Made by a program: the position numbers and the translations under genes
Notes under the pieces: generated by a model
Told to the model about the DNA's origin: nothing
What the model saw: only the letters and a program-made list of their open reading frames with translations
The model's database searches: none
Assembly (NCBI GenBank): GCA_043228905.1
Contig: JBHGNT010000004.1
Coordinates: 7,998,001-8,062,000, forward strand
Direction: 5' to 3'
Source of the DNA: Azolla caroliniana
Taxonomy: Eukaryota; Plantae; Polypodiophyta
DNA length: 64,000 bases
Shown: positions 25,716-39,500 of the stretch, piece after piece
Layout: each line of letters starts with the position of its first letter
Position numbering within the stretch: the first letter of the stretch is position 1

Positions 25716-28700
25716 TGTTAGCTGGTCAGAGTCAAAGTCGACTACCTGGGTCAGAGTCGGACAGATGTGAAAGGAAGTTGGAAGAAGTCGAACAAGTATG
25801 GAAGTGTCGAAGTCGGATCCAAGGGTCGAATCAATGAATCAACAATTAGTAATTTTGCCAAGTAGAAAAATGTATTATAATTAGTTAGGACAACTTTGTA
25901 ATAGTTCTTGCCGAACAAGGGCAAGTGTAATCTTGAAAAGAGACTCTCGGTTCACCTATAAAAGAAGGACCGAAAGCATTGTAAATCTATCGTTCTGTTT
26001 GGAATTAATATAAGTTAGTGGTTAGAGTATCTCTGTGTCGACAATATCTCTGTTCATTGCTGTTTTTCAGTGTCAATCTCTGATTATCTATGTTGACTAA
26101 GTAATTATATTAAGACGAGTAGTCGATCACGGTTACTTAGTACAATTTCTAATTACCCACTAGTTCGTCTATTCATTTCCTACCACAATACTCTTGATAG
26201 AATGTTTGATCTATTGTGCCTGTCGGTTATAGCAGTGGGCTATTGGTAGATCAACACAATATTTTGGCACGCTCGGCTATCAATGGCGGAACGCAACTAT
26301 TCTAAAACCAAACGCGAAGCTCTCGACATGATATATAGTATCAACAAATTCCGTCATTACCTTTTGGGCCACAAATTCACATTCCATGTCAATGATTCAG
26401 CATTGTTATACTTAGTGTCAAAACAAGAGCTAATAGGAAAACTGGCCCAATGGACATTACTGCTACAAGAGTTTAAATTTGACATAATCCACCGACCAGG
26501 GGTGCAACATGCAGTCGCCGACTATCTAAGTCGGCTAGAATCGGGAAAGTAGGGTACAGGAGTAAAAGATGATTTTCCCGATGCTCAACTCTTCCAAGTC
26601 CACACAATGGTGATCACAGAAATGGATGACGAAAGGGCAGATTTATGGATCATGGAAATGACCATTTTTGTTAGTACCAGATTGCCACTAGAAGGAATGT
26701 CACTAGATGAAAGAAAAAGGCTAGCAGTTAAAAGTCGGAATTTCTGTCTACTGAACGACACATTATACCATAAAGGAGTAGAGCAAACATCATATGGCGA
26801 CATGCAGTTCGACAATTCGAAAAACAAGTAGTTTTGTGCGAAGTCCATTGCGGTATTGCCGACGAACATTATGCTGGGGAAACAATGGCAACAAAAATTT
26901 GGAATAGTGGTCTATGGTGGCTGACTACCTCCAAGGATGCAGTCGAATACTATTGACAATATGATTTATGTCAGTGAACCGGCCAACCCACAGAAAGGGA
27001 TAGGATGCCACATCAGCCGGTATTACCCTTAGAGCCATTCTAGAAATGGGGCCTCGACTTTGTCAGACCATTCAAACCGGCAGCTGCAAGAACTGGGAAT
27101 CGATACATTATCCTTGCCACCGACTATTGTACCAAGTGGGTTGAGGCGAAGGCGCTTCGAGATAACACAATGACATCCACAACAAAATTTCTCTACGAAT
27201 ACATATGGTATCGATTTGGGTGCCAAATAGAACTGGTAAGTGATCATGGTACTCATTTTATAAACAAAAATTGTCCATGAATTATCCACTTACTATGGAG
27301 TAGTCCATAAAAAGAGTACTCCATACTACCCTCAAGCCAATGGATTGGCTGAATCGACAAATAAGACACTACAAATGATTCTGAGAAAAATAGTTAATGA
27401 GAACAAAACATATTGGGATCACAAGCTCCATAGTGTTTTGTGGGCATACCGTACTTCCTACAAGACGGTTATCAAATTGACCCCGTTTTGAATGGCATTT
27501 GGACTGGAAGCAGTAATGCCAGTCGAGTTCCAAATTCCGACACTAAGGGTTCAACTCATAGAACGATTCGACGAAGAGTAGTCAGAACGAGTGGGGAAGG
27601 AGCAACTATTAGTATTGGAAGAAATCCAAGCCATGTGTACATTACAACAGAAGCAGAGGCAAACAAAGGCATTTGTCGACCGACACTAACGACAAAAGGA
27701 AAAGATGTTTGAAATCGGCAAGTCAGTTTTAGTTTTTCAAAACAAAGATGGGTTTGATGCTGGGTAAACTCAGATTCTGATGGATAGGCCCATTTTGGAT
27801 TGTCAATAGTAAGAATGGTACGTATCAAGTCGGCACACTAGCGGGTGAAATCATGCCGAAATGGGTGAATGGATTTCAACCTAAACCGTATCACGGACCA
27901 ACATCGGAAAATCCATTTAGAGTCGGAGTCAACGCCGATTGTCTGCCGACCACGTAGTGAGGTGGCAAGGGGAAAAATTGTAAATAGTATAAACATCAAA
28001 AATAAAATAAAAAAATCTTGGCAAAGATATAACAGAAAAACGATTTTGATTATGATGACTTCTTGGCACTATCCTTTTCAAATTATAAAGGGACATGCCA
28101 ACAAATCATTTAGTATTCATTACAAGTGGTTGTTATTGAAATCTATTATTACTATATTCGAAATATCACTACCATTAATAGCATATTGTCATTAAACTCC
28201 TCGAAAAATGTCTCAGCTTTTCATAAAAAACCCTTCCTCTATATTTTGTGCCCCACAACAACACAAACATTTTCAAGCGAATTGAACGCACAGAGCGATT
28301 GCACAACAATCTCAAGCTTTCTCCATACGCAACAGACAACCAGAGCAACACTTCTGACTTTCTCTGACCATCACAGACAACATCAACATTATCTTCGAAG
28401 AAAAAGAAAAAGAAAATATGTCGATTCCTATTTCAGACCGACTTCGCCAATGGTTGCACAAGCAAGGGTCTACAAGGTTACCTCAAGGTCGTAGATGTCA
28501 AACCTCATCCTCAGACAGTAGAAATTGTTCATCAAATCGATGTTGCAAAAGTCACGAATAAGCAGGTACGCCTATTTCTGAATCTGAAATGTGAAAGGTT
28601 TAATGGCATGGATCATTTGTCCAACGCCAAGTACCAATGGTCGGTGGCTTACAGTACTCTGGCCAATGCCAAGTATCGATGGTCGGCCTAAGACCCCAAG

Positions 28701-30670
28701 AAAGGAGAAGGGGCAACCCTCTCAACCATGGTCGACACCAAAGGCTCGAAGAGAAGTGTCGCGTGAAGAATGGAAGGAGCCGGCACCGACACAAGACAAC
28801 ACCCAACACCTCAACATCCCAACAAGAGGAGCCCACCCCAACACCTTGACAAAAGGAGCCCACCCCGACAACCCAACACGAAAAACACCACCGACCGGAG
28901 TCAACACCGACTTTAAGCACAGAACCTGAACAAGAGCGGGCAAAAGCACCTTAGTAGGGAGAGCAAGAAAGTCGACCCCACCCCACACCCGTGAGAACAA
29001 AACAAAAGAGTCGACGGTACTAGCAAACGGAGGAGGGGAATTAGGCAACAAAAAGACAACGGGTCGACACTCGGCAATCGACAGAGTAGCCCAACTACAC
29101 ACATACACAGAATGAGCAGTGTGTCGAAACAGTCGACACAAGTCATATGGAGAAGGGGAGATCATCCTTGATGTCCATGAGTGAGGTGCTTGGTTTACCT
29201 GAATTACCACTGGCAATAGATGAGTTGGCCGCCATTTACAGTTCAACACATCTTATGAACTTATGGCTCATAGATTACAATACACATCCAACATGCTGGG
29301 TAAGGAACATAAAGATCGCATAATGATTCAAAAGGCTATGTTTGGCGCAGTCGAGCCACATGAATAACAGGAATTAGACAGAATCGGCCGACAACGAACT
29401 GCCAAAAACAGGGGAGAAGCAATTCAAAAGCCGCCACTTCACACGGCCTTAGTCAAAGTGCATAGTGAATACGCTAGAACAAACCAGGTAGCAAAAGACA
29501 TGGCAGAGGCATGCAGAAAGGCAACGACAATGGCGGGCCGATTACATGAACAATGTTCGAATGCTGAGAAGGACAACGCTGAACAGTTGGAGAGGCTCCG
29601 ACAGACTGAGGAAAAGGTAAAGAATGCCAAAGACCACATGCAACAGTGTGACTTCGTCGACATTCCACATGTACTCGACCAACAACTGTGTGATCAACTG
29701 CGAGCTATGGAAAGACGAGTCGAAGAGGTGAATCACAGAGTGACCAAAGCAGAGGAGAAAGTGAAAAAGCTGGAGGAATGCATAGAGCTGGCCAAGACTA
29801 AAATTGGAGTGGTGCTGGATGAAAAAGACAACGCCATCCAAGAGTTAAAACAAATGGTCGAATGAGAAAACCAGGAAATGTGGGACGCACAGGAAAAAGT
29901 CGACGAATTAGAATTATATGTTCAAATGCAAGGGGAACATTATGCAGATCGGATGGATGAGATGATGCAAGTGTCGGAACATTATGTAGATCGGAACATT
30001 ATTTGTTCGACATCCTCAATGAGGATGAAAGTGATGATGACGCCAACAATGAACCTGAAGAAGACCAGGAGTGCACATCGAAGGGTAGGTTCGGCTATGC
30101 AAAGCACTATCCCACGAGTGTGCCAAGTGTTAGCCGGTTAGAGTTAGAGTCGACTACCAGGGTTGGAGTCGGATAGATGTGAAGGGAAGTCGGAAGAAGT
30201 CGAACAAGTATGGAAGTGTCGGAGTCGGATCCAAGGGTCGGATCGATGAGTCAACAACTAGTAATTTTGCCAAGTAGAAAAATATATTGGAATTAGTTAG
30301 GACAATTTTATAATAGTTCTTGCCAAACAAGGGCAAGTGTAATCTTGAAAAGAGCCTCTTGGTTCACCTATAAAAGAAGGACCGAAAGGATTGTAAATCT
30401 ATCGTTATGTTTGGAATTAATATATAAGTTAGTGGTTAGAGTATCTCTGTGTCAACAATATCTCTGTTCATTGCTGTTTTTCAGTGTCAATCTCTGATTA
30501 TTTGTGTTGACTAACTAATTATGTTAAGAGGAGTAGTTGATCACGGTTACTTAGTACAATTTCTAATTACCCACTAGTTCGTCTATTCATTTCCTACCAC
30601 AATACTCTTGATAGAACGTTCGACCTATTGTGTCTGCCGGTTACAACAGTCGGTTGTTGGCAGATCAACA
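25716..30670 (+). mobile_element. Internally deleted non-chromovirus Ty3/gypsy element with an extra 3' region
   Basis: LTRs 25716-26256 and 30128-30670; TSD TCCGT/TCCGC; PBS-like TGGCACGC at ~26265 followed directly by the RNase H end (AERNYS..REAL..KFRHYLLG) and integrase; gag, protease and RT are missing. Confidence 0.85.
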
Positions 30671-31217
30671 TCCGCACATAATCTTTCACATAGTATTAGA
30701 GCGCGAGGGTTGAGAATCCTCTACAGTCGACCGAATAGCAAAAGATGACACAGAGACATTCCTTTCCTTCGGAGCAACAAGAACATGGGCATCTCGCATC
30801 CCATAGAGAAGCTCAACAAAAACAACTACACATCTTGGTCATACAAGATGCATTAGTACCTACTCGGGCGTTGATACTGTAGTTATGTTGAAGGAGCTAA
30901 TGATGTAGCACCGGATTCAACACACATAGATTTTCCGGCCTAGGAATAGGCGGCAAGCAGAGTCCTTTACTACTTCGCATCTAGTGTGAGTGACCAACTA
31001 TTGAGCTACATCCGGGACACCAACACGCCAAAGGATGCTTGGGGAAATCTGAAGAAGATTCTCGCCGCAAGCACCACAACCAGAAAATTACAGGTCACGT
31101 AGGAGCTTAGCAATGTCCAATAGAGAGATATGTTGGTGGTTGATTACACCTCCAAAAATCAAGGAGATCTTCGACTCGACCGGGTCTATCAATGTGATGG
31201 TTGAAGAAGATGAGATG

Positions 31218-34200
31218 TGTTGAGAATTGACGCTTCTATTCACCTTCTTATCTCGGCCACAACCGATTAATCGCGGATCAATGGAGCAGAAAATAGGAAA
31301 CACACGTAGAAACAAAACGAAGAAACGCGAGTGCACAAGGATTAACGTGGAAAACCCTAAACGGGGAAAAACCACGGGAGTACAAGACTCCAAACAACAC
31401 TATACAGAGAAGTATACAATGACGAGCTCCAAGGCGACGACCTTGAGCTCGCTGTCCTCGCCACAGGCGGCGGAAATACACAGAGGCGTCTACCTCTTTC
31501 TCTCTCGCGCTCTCTCTCTTTCTCTCTCTCTCTCGGCTGCTCTCTCTTCACTCCTCTAAAGTGGAAAAACAGAAAAATGAGAAGCAACAGAAAAACTGTT
31601 TGCCCTAAGTCATATTTATACTTATATGAATTTGGGCTATTTACAACTATAGCCTCAGGGGGCTCGTAGCGAACATATTCACGGATATGTCCCTGCATCC
31701 GGATCGCTCTTCGGGTACATTCGTCATCCGGCACCGAAGCCGGGGTCTTCGTCATCCGGATCCGAAACCGAAACCGGGCTTGTCGGCATTCATCTCCGAT
31801 ATCCGACCATCCCATCCGAAAGGGACCGAAATCCCAACAAACTCCCCCTTCACTTCGGCATGGGATGTCTTTCCAATCCGATCCTCTTCCGGCATGCTTC
31901 CAGCTTGTCGGGTGTGAGCACCTTGGTCAGCATATCCGACCCGTTCTCGTCGGTGTGGATCTTCGTCAGCACGAACTCCTTGTCTTCTATCCTTTCCCGG
32001 ATCCAGTGATATCTTCGCTGGATGTGCTTCGTCCGGGAGTGATAGGCTGCGTTCTTCGCAAGGTGGATGGCACTCTGACTGTCGCAGTAGAGTCGGTACT
32101 CCTCTTGCCGGATACCGAGCTCTCTAATGAAGTCCTTCATCCATATTATTTCCTTGCCGGCTTCAACAGCCGCCATGTACTCCGCCTCCGTGGTTGACAA
32201 CGCAACCGTCTTCTGCAGCCTCGACTGCCACGAAACAGCTCCCCCTGCATACGTCATCACATACCCTGATGTGGACCGGCTGGTATCTGCATCAGCCGAC
32301 ATATCAGAATCAGTAAAGCCTTCGAGTTCGGGCTTACCGGAGCCGAATCGGAGGCACACGTTTGCCGTGCCCTTCAGGTATCGGAGTATCCACTTGACCG
32401 CGTTCCAGTGCTCTTTGCCGGGATTGCTCATGTACCGGCTCACCACTCCGACTGCATATCCTATGTCCGGTCTCGTACACACCATGGCGTACATCAAGCT
32501 CCCGACGGCTGAGGCATACGGCACTTCCATCATATCCTCCTTTTCAGCCTTTGTCTTGGGACTTTGCTTGCTGGTCAGCTTGCAGTTTGCCGGGAGGGTC
32601 GATCCGACCGGTCTTGCTTCCGACATGTTGAACCGTTGAAGCACCTTTGTCACGTACTTCTCCTGTGACAGCCACAACTGCTTCTTCTTCCGGTCCCGGA
32701 TGATGTGCATCCCTAGTATTTGCCTCGCCGGACCCAGGTCCTTCATTGAGAAGGTTCGGTGAAGAGCCTTCTTCAGCATCCGTATCTTGACCTGGTCCCG
32801 TCCGACGATCAACATGTCGTCCACGTACAGGAGGAGTATTAGGAAGTCTCCTCCTTCAAACTTCTTCACAAACACGCAGTGGTCGGACTGCGTTTTGAGG
32901 TACCCTTCGTCGGTCATGAAGGAGTCGAACTTCCGGTACCATTGCCGGGGAGCCTGCTTCAGTCCGTAAAGGCTCTTCTTCAATCGGCATACCAGGTGCT
33001 CCTTCCCTTTCTTCTCGAATCCTTCCGGTTGCTGCATGTAGATCTCTTCATCGAGGTCACCGTGAAGGAATGCCGTCTTCACGTCCATCTGTTCTACCTC
33101 GAGGTCCATGCTTGCCGCTATGCTCAGCACCGTCCGGATGGAGGTCATCTTCACTACCGGGGCAAATATCTCGTCGAAGTCGACGCCCTTCTTCTGCTGA
33201 AACCCCTTCACCACGATCCTGGCTTTGTATCTCGGGGGGTTTCCGGCATCTCCCGGTTTCAGCTTGAACACCCACTTGTTTCACAGTGCCCGCTTTCCTT
33301 TCGGCAACTCCACAAGTTCATATGTGTGGTTCTCATGCAGGGAATCCATCTCGTCCTGCATGGCACTCAACCACCTGCGGCTCTGGGTGTCATGCTTTGC
33401 TTCTTCAAAGCTCTCCGGCTCCCCCTCGTCGGTTAGCAACACGTGCTCTGGTTCCGGAAATCTCCGGGGGGCCCTTCTCTCTCTTAGAGGGTATCTCCGT
33501 TCCGGAGCTTCGGTAACCGGTTCTTCCGATTCTTCTTCTTCATCCGAATCCATTTCGGGATCGGGGCCGGTTCCGGTATCATTTTCATCTTCTTCGGCCG
33601 GTTCTGTTTCTTCACCGTCTTCGGCCGGATCCTCGAGTGTTAACCGGTCCCTTGCCGGTCGGGACTGCTCCTCGTAGAGTTGATCCTCACCGGTCGACTT
33701 GGAGCTCTTCATCTTCTTCTCCGACTCCCAGTCGGCGAGCGTCTTGTTCTCCATGAAGATGATATCACGACTCCGGAATATCTTCTTGTCGACCGGGTCC
33801 CATACTCGGTAGCCGAACTCGTCGTCGCCGTAACCGAGGAATATGCATGGCCGGGTCTTCGGATCTAGCTTTCCTCTCCGGTCCTTTGCCACATGCACGT
33901 ATGCGAGACACCCGAACACCTTCAGATGCCGGTAGGACACTTCCTTACCAGTCCACACTTTCTGCGGCGTGTCTCCGTCCAAAGGTACTGAGGGTGATCT
34001 GTTTATCACGTATGTCGCCGTCGACATTGCCTCAGCCCAAAACCCCTTGGGTAATTTCGCATGCGCCAGCATACTCCGGACCCGCTCCATTATGGTCCGG
34101 TTCATCCTCTCGGCCAGCCCGTTCAGTTCCGGCGTCTTCGGCACAGTAAACTCGAGCCGGATTCCCTTCGAGCGACAGTACTCCTGGAACTGCCCCCGGT

Positions 34201-36577
34201 ATTCCCCTCCGTTATCCGCTCGTATCGCTTTCAGCTTCTTGCCGGATTCTCTTTCCACTCTCGCATGGAGTTCTTTGAAGACGGACAACACTTGGTCCTT
34301 TGTCTTCATCGGTGCCGTCCACAGTTTTCGGCTATGATCATCGATGAATGTTACGAAGTACTGGGCTCCGCCATGTGACTTCGTCTCTACCTGACACACG
34401 TCAGTGTGCACCAACTCCAATGGTGCGCTACGTCTCGTCGGTGGCCTTGAGTGGAAGGAGGTTCGGTTCTGCTTACCGGCCAGGCAATCGGTGCACTTCT
34501 CCAGGTGCACGTGCTTCACTGGGATGAGGTTGTCTTCTGCAAGCCTCTTCATCCCCTTCTCACTCATGTGGCACAGTCTTTTGTGCCACAGCTCACCGGC
34601 AGTGTCGGCTGCCACATTCAGCTCTTCCGGACATAACCGGGCATTCATCAGGTACAGTGTGTTGACCTTCCGGGCCCGAACCACTATCAAGCTCCCCTTG
34701 CTGAACTTCATGACACCGTTCCGGATGCTACCCGTGTAGCCTTCATCATCTAGCCTCCCGGCCGAAATCAGGTTCAAACGGACCTCCGGAACTTGTCGGA
34801 CATCTTTCAGCAGCATTTTGCATCCGGTCGGGGTTGTCAACCACACGTCTCCTATGCCGGCAATCCGGCACGTACCTTCATTTCCCATCCGAACACAGCC
34901 ATGCTCGCCGGCTGTGTAGGATGAGAAGTATCTTCTCTCCGGGGTCAGGTGGAACGATGCTCCGGAATCGACCACCCAGGTCGTCTCATCGCCGGCAACG
35001 TTTAGCTCACCTTCTTCGGTGATGAGCATGATTTCTTCCTCACTTGCCGCGAGTGCCGTTGTTCCTTTCCGGTCTTGCCCTCGCCGATCCGAACCTCTCC
35101 GGTCCGTGGCTCCCCGGTATGCACCGTTTCTCTCCGGTGACTTCTTCGAGTCGGTGTCGTCGGCTCCGTTGTCTTTTCGGTAATGCCGACAATTCTTTCG
35201 GAAGTGCCCCGGCTTCCCACAGTGGAAGCATGTGGGCCTTCCTCTTGACTGCGACCGGGTCCCCGACTTCTCCCGTCTTTGCGGACTCCGGTTCCATTGT
35301 CTTCCCCGATCCGATTCGGTAAACAGCATCTTCGGGTCGGAGGCCGGTTCCTTATCTCTCCGACGCGCTTCTTCATTCAGAATACTTGTCTTTACAGTTT
35401 GTAAGGACAAGTTATCTTCGGTGCACGAGGTGCTGAGAGTCACCACCAAGTTCTCCCAGCTGTCCGGCAATGTACACATCAGGATGATGGCTTGCATTGC
35501 ATCCTCCAACGGGAACTTGATCGCCGCAAGCTGATTCACGAATCCCATGAACGTGCTTACGTGTTCTACCATACTCTCGCCGTCCCGGTACTTGAGGTTC
35601 ACTATCTTCCTCATCAGGGAGGTCCGGTTCAACGCATTCTTCCTCTCATAGAGGCCAGACAGCTTCTTCCACATCTCGTATGCGTTGGTGTCGTTCGCCA
35701 CATGTTGCAGGACGCTTACGTCGACATATTGTCGGATCGTCGCTACGGCTTTCCGGTTCAGGAGCTTCCACTCCGACTCAAGTACCCCCTTCGGTATTTC
35801 CGACCTGTCAATCGGTTCGTACAGGTCCCGAACAATCAGAAGATCCTCCATCTTGATCTTCCAGTCGGCGTAATTCTGTGCATTCAGCACCATCATCATC
35901 GGCTGCCCGCTGCCGCCGCCTTCCATTTTCTGCAACAGTCGCTCTGATACCAGTTTGTTGAGAATTGACGCTTCTATTCACCTTCTTATCTCGGCCACAA
36001 CCGATTAATCGCGGATCAATGGAGCAGAAAATAGGAAACACACGTAGAAACAAAACGAAGAAACGCGAGTGCACAAGGATTAACGTGGAAAACCCTAAAC
36101 GGGGAAAAACCACGGGAGTACAAGACTCCAAACAACACTATACAGAGAAGTATACAATGACGAGCTCCAAGGCGACGACCTTGAGCTCGCTGTCCTCGCC
36201 ACAGGCGGCGGAAATACACAGAGGCGTCTACCTCTTTCTCTCTCGCGCTCTCTCTCTTTCTCTCTCTCTCTCGGCTGCTCTCTCTTCACTCCTCTAAAGT
36301 GGAAAAACAGAAAAATGAGAAGCAACAGAAAAACTGTTTGCCCTAAGTCATATTTATACTTATATGAATTTGGGCTATTTACAACTATAGCCTCAGGGGG
36401 CTCGTAGCGAACATATTCACGGATATGTCCCTGCATCCGGATCGCTCTTCGGGTACATTCGTCATCCGGCACCGAAGCCGGGGTCTTCGTCATCCGGATC
36501 CGAAACCGAAACCGGGCTTGTCGGCATTCATCTCCGATATCCGACCATCCCATCCGAAAGGGACCGAAATCCCAACA
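31218..36577 (-). mobile_element. Young, near-intact Ty1/copia 'B' (Tnt1/Tork-like)
   Basis: 622-bp LTRs 31218-31839 and 35956-36577, no differences seen by eye; TSD AGATG; PBS TGGTATCAGAGC (35952-35941); PPT next to 31840. Confidence 0.97.
31850..35926 (-). pseudogene. Copia gag-pol polyprotein (1358 codons) with a single in-frame TGA at 33281-33283
   Basis: CFHCGKPGH knuckle, WVVDSGAS protease, LWHKRLCH and integrase DDE, YVDD RT, RNase H; reads KGKRAL*NKWVFK in one frame. Confidence 0.93.
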
Positions 36578-39500
36578 AGATGGTCCCAAGATGGTGTAGG
36601 TTCTTTGGAGGTTTGGCGCAAAAGTTTGGATCATTCCAAATGGCGATCTGCACAAGAGAGAATATCCCGTCCTTCTTTGAGCTGCAATCAATGCTTCTCA
36701 TTGAAGAGAACCACATGGGTGTGTCAACGAGCACGCATAACAATAACAAGATGATGTACATGGCGGTGGATCAGTCTTGTGGTTGTGGTGGACGAGGTGG
36801 GTCGACACACAATGGAGGCGGATGACAAGAGCAAGACAGAAGGCACAAATGTGGTGCTGACATCACGTTTGGACCCTCCACAAGTAGAGGGAGTCAAGGC
36901 GGTGCCGGAAGTCGGCAAGGGAAGACGACGACAGACTATTGGTATTGTGGCTGAAAGGACCACAAAGAAAGTGAGTGTTGGAAGAAGCATGTTGATTCGG
37001 ACAGAGATGGATCGAGCTGGGGAGATGCAGATAAGCGTCATAGATCACACTTTGCTGAAGGCTCAGGGTGAGATGAAACGGGCTGACTGATTCAATCACC
37101 TCGGCTGCTTCATCGAGGACAAGGGCTGACTGATTACGCATGGGCGCAGAGACAGGAGGATGTTTATCCTTGAGACCAATGACGTTGGTGTCACAATTTT
37201 TGTAAAAGGACAGGAGGTCAAATCCGACATCGACCTATGGCACAAGAGGATTGGCCACATCAAATTTAGAAAACTTCAAGAGGACTACCGAAGTTCAGTG
37301 TTCGAAAAGACCAAGTATGTGAAGCTTGTCAACTCGGGAAGCAACACAGGTTTCCATTCCCCAATGAGAAGAATCAGAGCCGGAATCAGATCAATCTAAT
37401 CCACACGGATGTATGGGTATCGACAAGTTGCATGAGCATGGGTGGGAGCCGATACTTCATCTCCTTCATCAATGATTTTAGTTGACACACTTGGGTCTAC
37501 GTAATTGAGAAGAAGAGCAAAGTCTTCTCGTGTTTCCTGGACTTAAAAAACCTTGTCAAACGGGAAACTAAAAGGAAGATCAAGTGTCTAAGGTCGAATG
37601 GTGGAAAGGAATACTTTTCCGGCCAGTTCACGAGCTATCTACAGAATAAGGGAATTCGGAGAGAGTTCTCTTGCAGATACAGGCCAAAGCAAAACAACGT
37701 GGCCGAGATATGGAATTTGCCAATGGTAGATGCAACTAGGGCAACACTGGAGTAGAAGAGCATGCCCAGGATCTATTGGGCTGAAGCGATCCGGACGATC
37801 GTCAATATACAGAATCAAATCTCTGCTTCAGGGGGGAAGGTGTCACCACACGAGCTTTATTTTGGGCGGAAGCCGAATTTGGCACACCTCAAGGTGGTCG
37901 GTAGTATCACATATGTGCATATACCAGTTGAGAGACGAAGGAAGTTGGATGCCAAGGCCAAGAAGTGTATCGTGGTCGGCTACTCGCACGAGCAGAAGGG
38001 GTACAAGTGGTACAACCCCTAGACAAAGCAAGTGGGGGTGAGCCGAGACGTCGTCTTTGACGAATGAGCCTCATGGTATTCCCTTCCGTCTCTGACCCCG
38101 AAGACGCTAAACCGGTTGTTGGGGAAGAGGTAAGTGAGATTGACCTCCTGGACAAAGAAGAAATCGAAACTCTAGAAGAGAGTCCAATGTCATTCCAGCT
38201 ATGTGGTCTGAATGAGAGACAGAGTTGGAACAACCAGTCGGATGAGGAGCCGGTGAGTAGTGGAGACTTAATTGTGCAATCCCTACGGATGGAGCCGAGG
38301 AGATGGCCTACCTACAAGGATAAGGGGAAGATCAAGATGCCTAAATATGGCGCCGAGGCCTGTGCATCAGATAAGATTGAATCGAAGCAGCCCGAAGTGA
38401 AGATGAACCTCCGGAAATGAGGTTGTAGTTGGGCAAGAAGGCCATGAAATAGGCCGAGGCCTGTGCATCAGATCAGAGTGAATCGAAGCAGCCCAAAGTG
38501 AAGATGAACCTACGGAAATGAGATTGTAGTCGAGCAAGAAGGCCATGAAATAATCAAAGCAAAAACTAGACCGATCAACCCACTAAAGAACCCCGTAATA
38601 TGGTATGGGTACAATGAATATATGGCGCATCACTATGGGTATATTGCCAAGGTGGCGGAAGTGCGTGAGCCGGAGAGCTGCACGGAGGCGGCAAAGGACA
38701 CAAGTTGGCGTGCCGCCATGGAGGAAGAGATGCATGCATTGGTGGAAAATAAGACATGGGACTTGGTTGATACCCCCAAGGGTGTGAAGCCGATCGAGTG
38801 TAGGTGGGTGTACAAAGTCAAGTACAACACCGACGGCTCCGTCAATCGATACACGGAGCCGTCGGTGTAGTCAATGTCTGGTGGTCAAAGGCTACACGTA
38901 ACAACATGACATTGACTATGATGAAACATTTGCACCAGTTGCCAAAATGAAAACCATCTGGGTGTTGCTGGCAGTAGCAACGACGAAGGGATGGCACTTG
39001 CACCAAATGGACGTGAAAAATACATTCTTGCAAGGGGAGCTTGAGGAACAAGTATACATGGTGCAACATCTCGAATTTCAGTCTGTATTGAATAGGTCAG
39101 TTGTTTGCCAACTGAAGAAGTCCCTCTACAGACTAAAACAAGCTCAACATGCTTGGAATGTGAAGATCATGCAGGGACTGTGTTGGATGGGGTTTTCTAT
39201 GTCGAAATCAGACTCTTCACTTTTCATTCACCAAGGTCGGCATGGGCCAAAAAGCATTGTGCTTTATGTTGATGATCTAGTTATTTCCGGCACTGACCTG
39301 GAGGAAATCTGCCGCATCAAGTCCCAACTTGCCGGATCATTCGACATAAAGGATCTTGGGGACCTTCATTACTTCCTCGGGATCGATGTGATCCGCACCC
39401 CCGAAGGCATATTGATCCGCCAATGACATTATGTGCTGAGTATACTCTTCAAGTTCAAAATGATGTAGTGCAAATCCGTCTTGATTCCTCTTGACCGAAA

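Noticed and set aside
33281-33283. Programmed stop-codon readthrough in copia B
   Set aside because: It lies inside a conserved pol region, lacks a known readthrough context and fits a CGA>TGA transition.
31865-35947. Plus-strand ORFs of 100-185 aa
   Set aside because: Antisense shadows of the GC-rich copia polyprotein.
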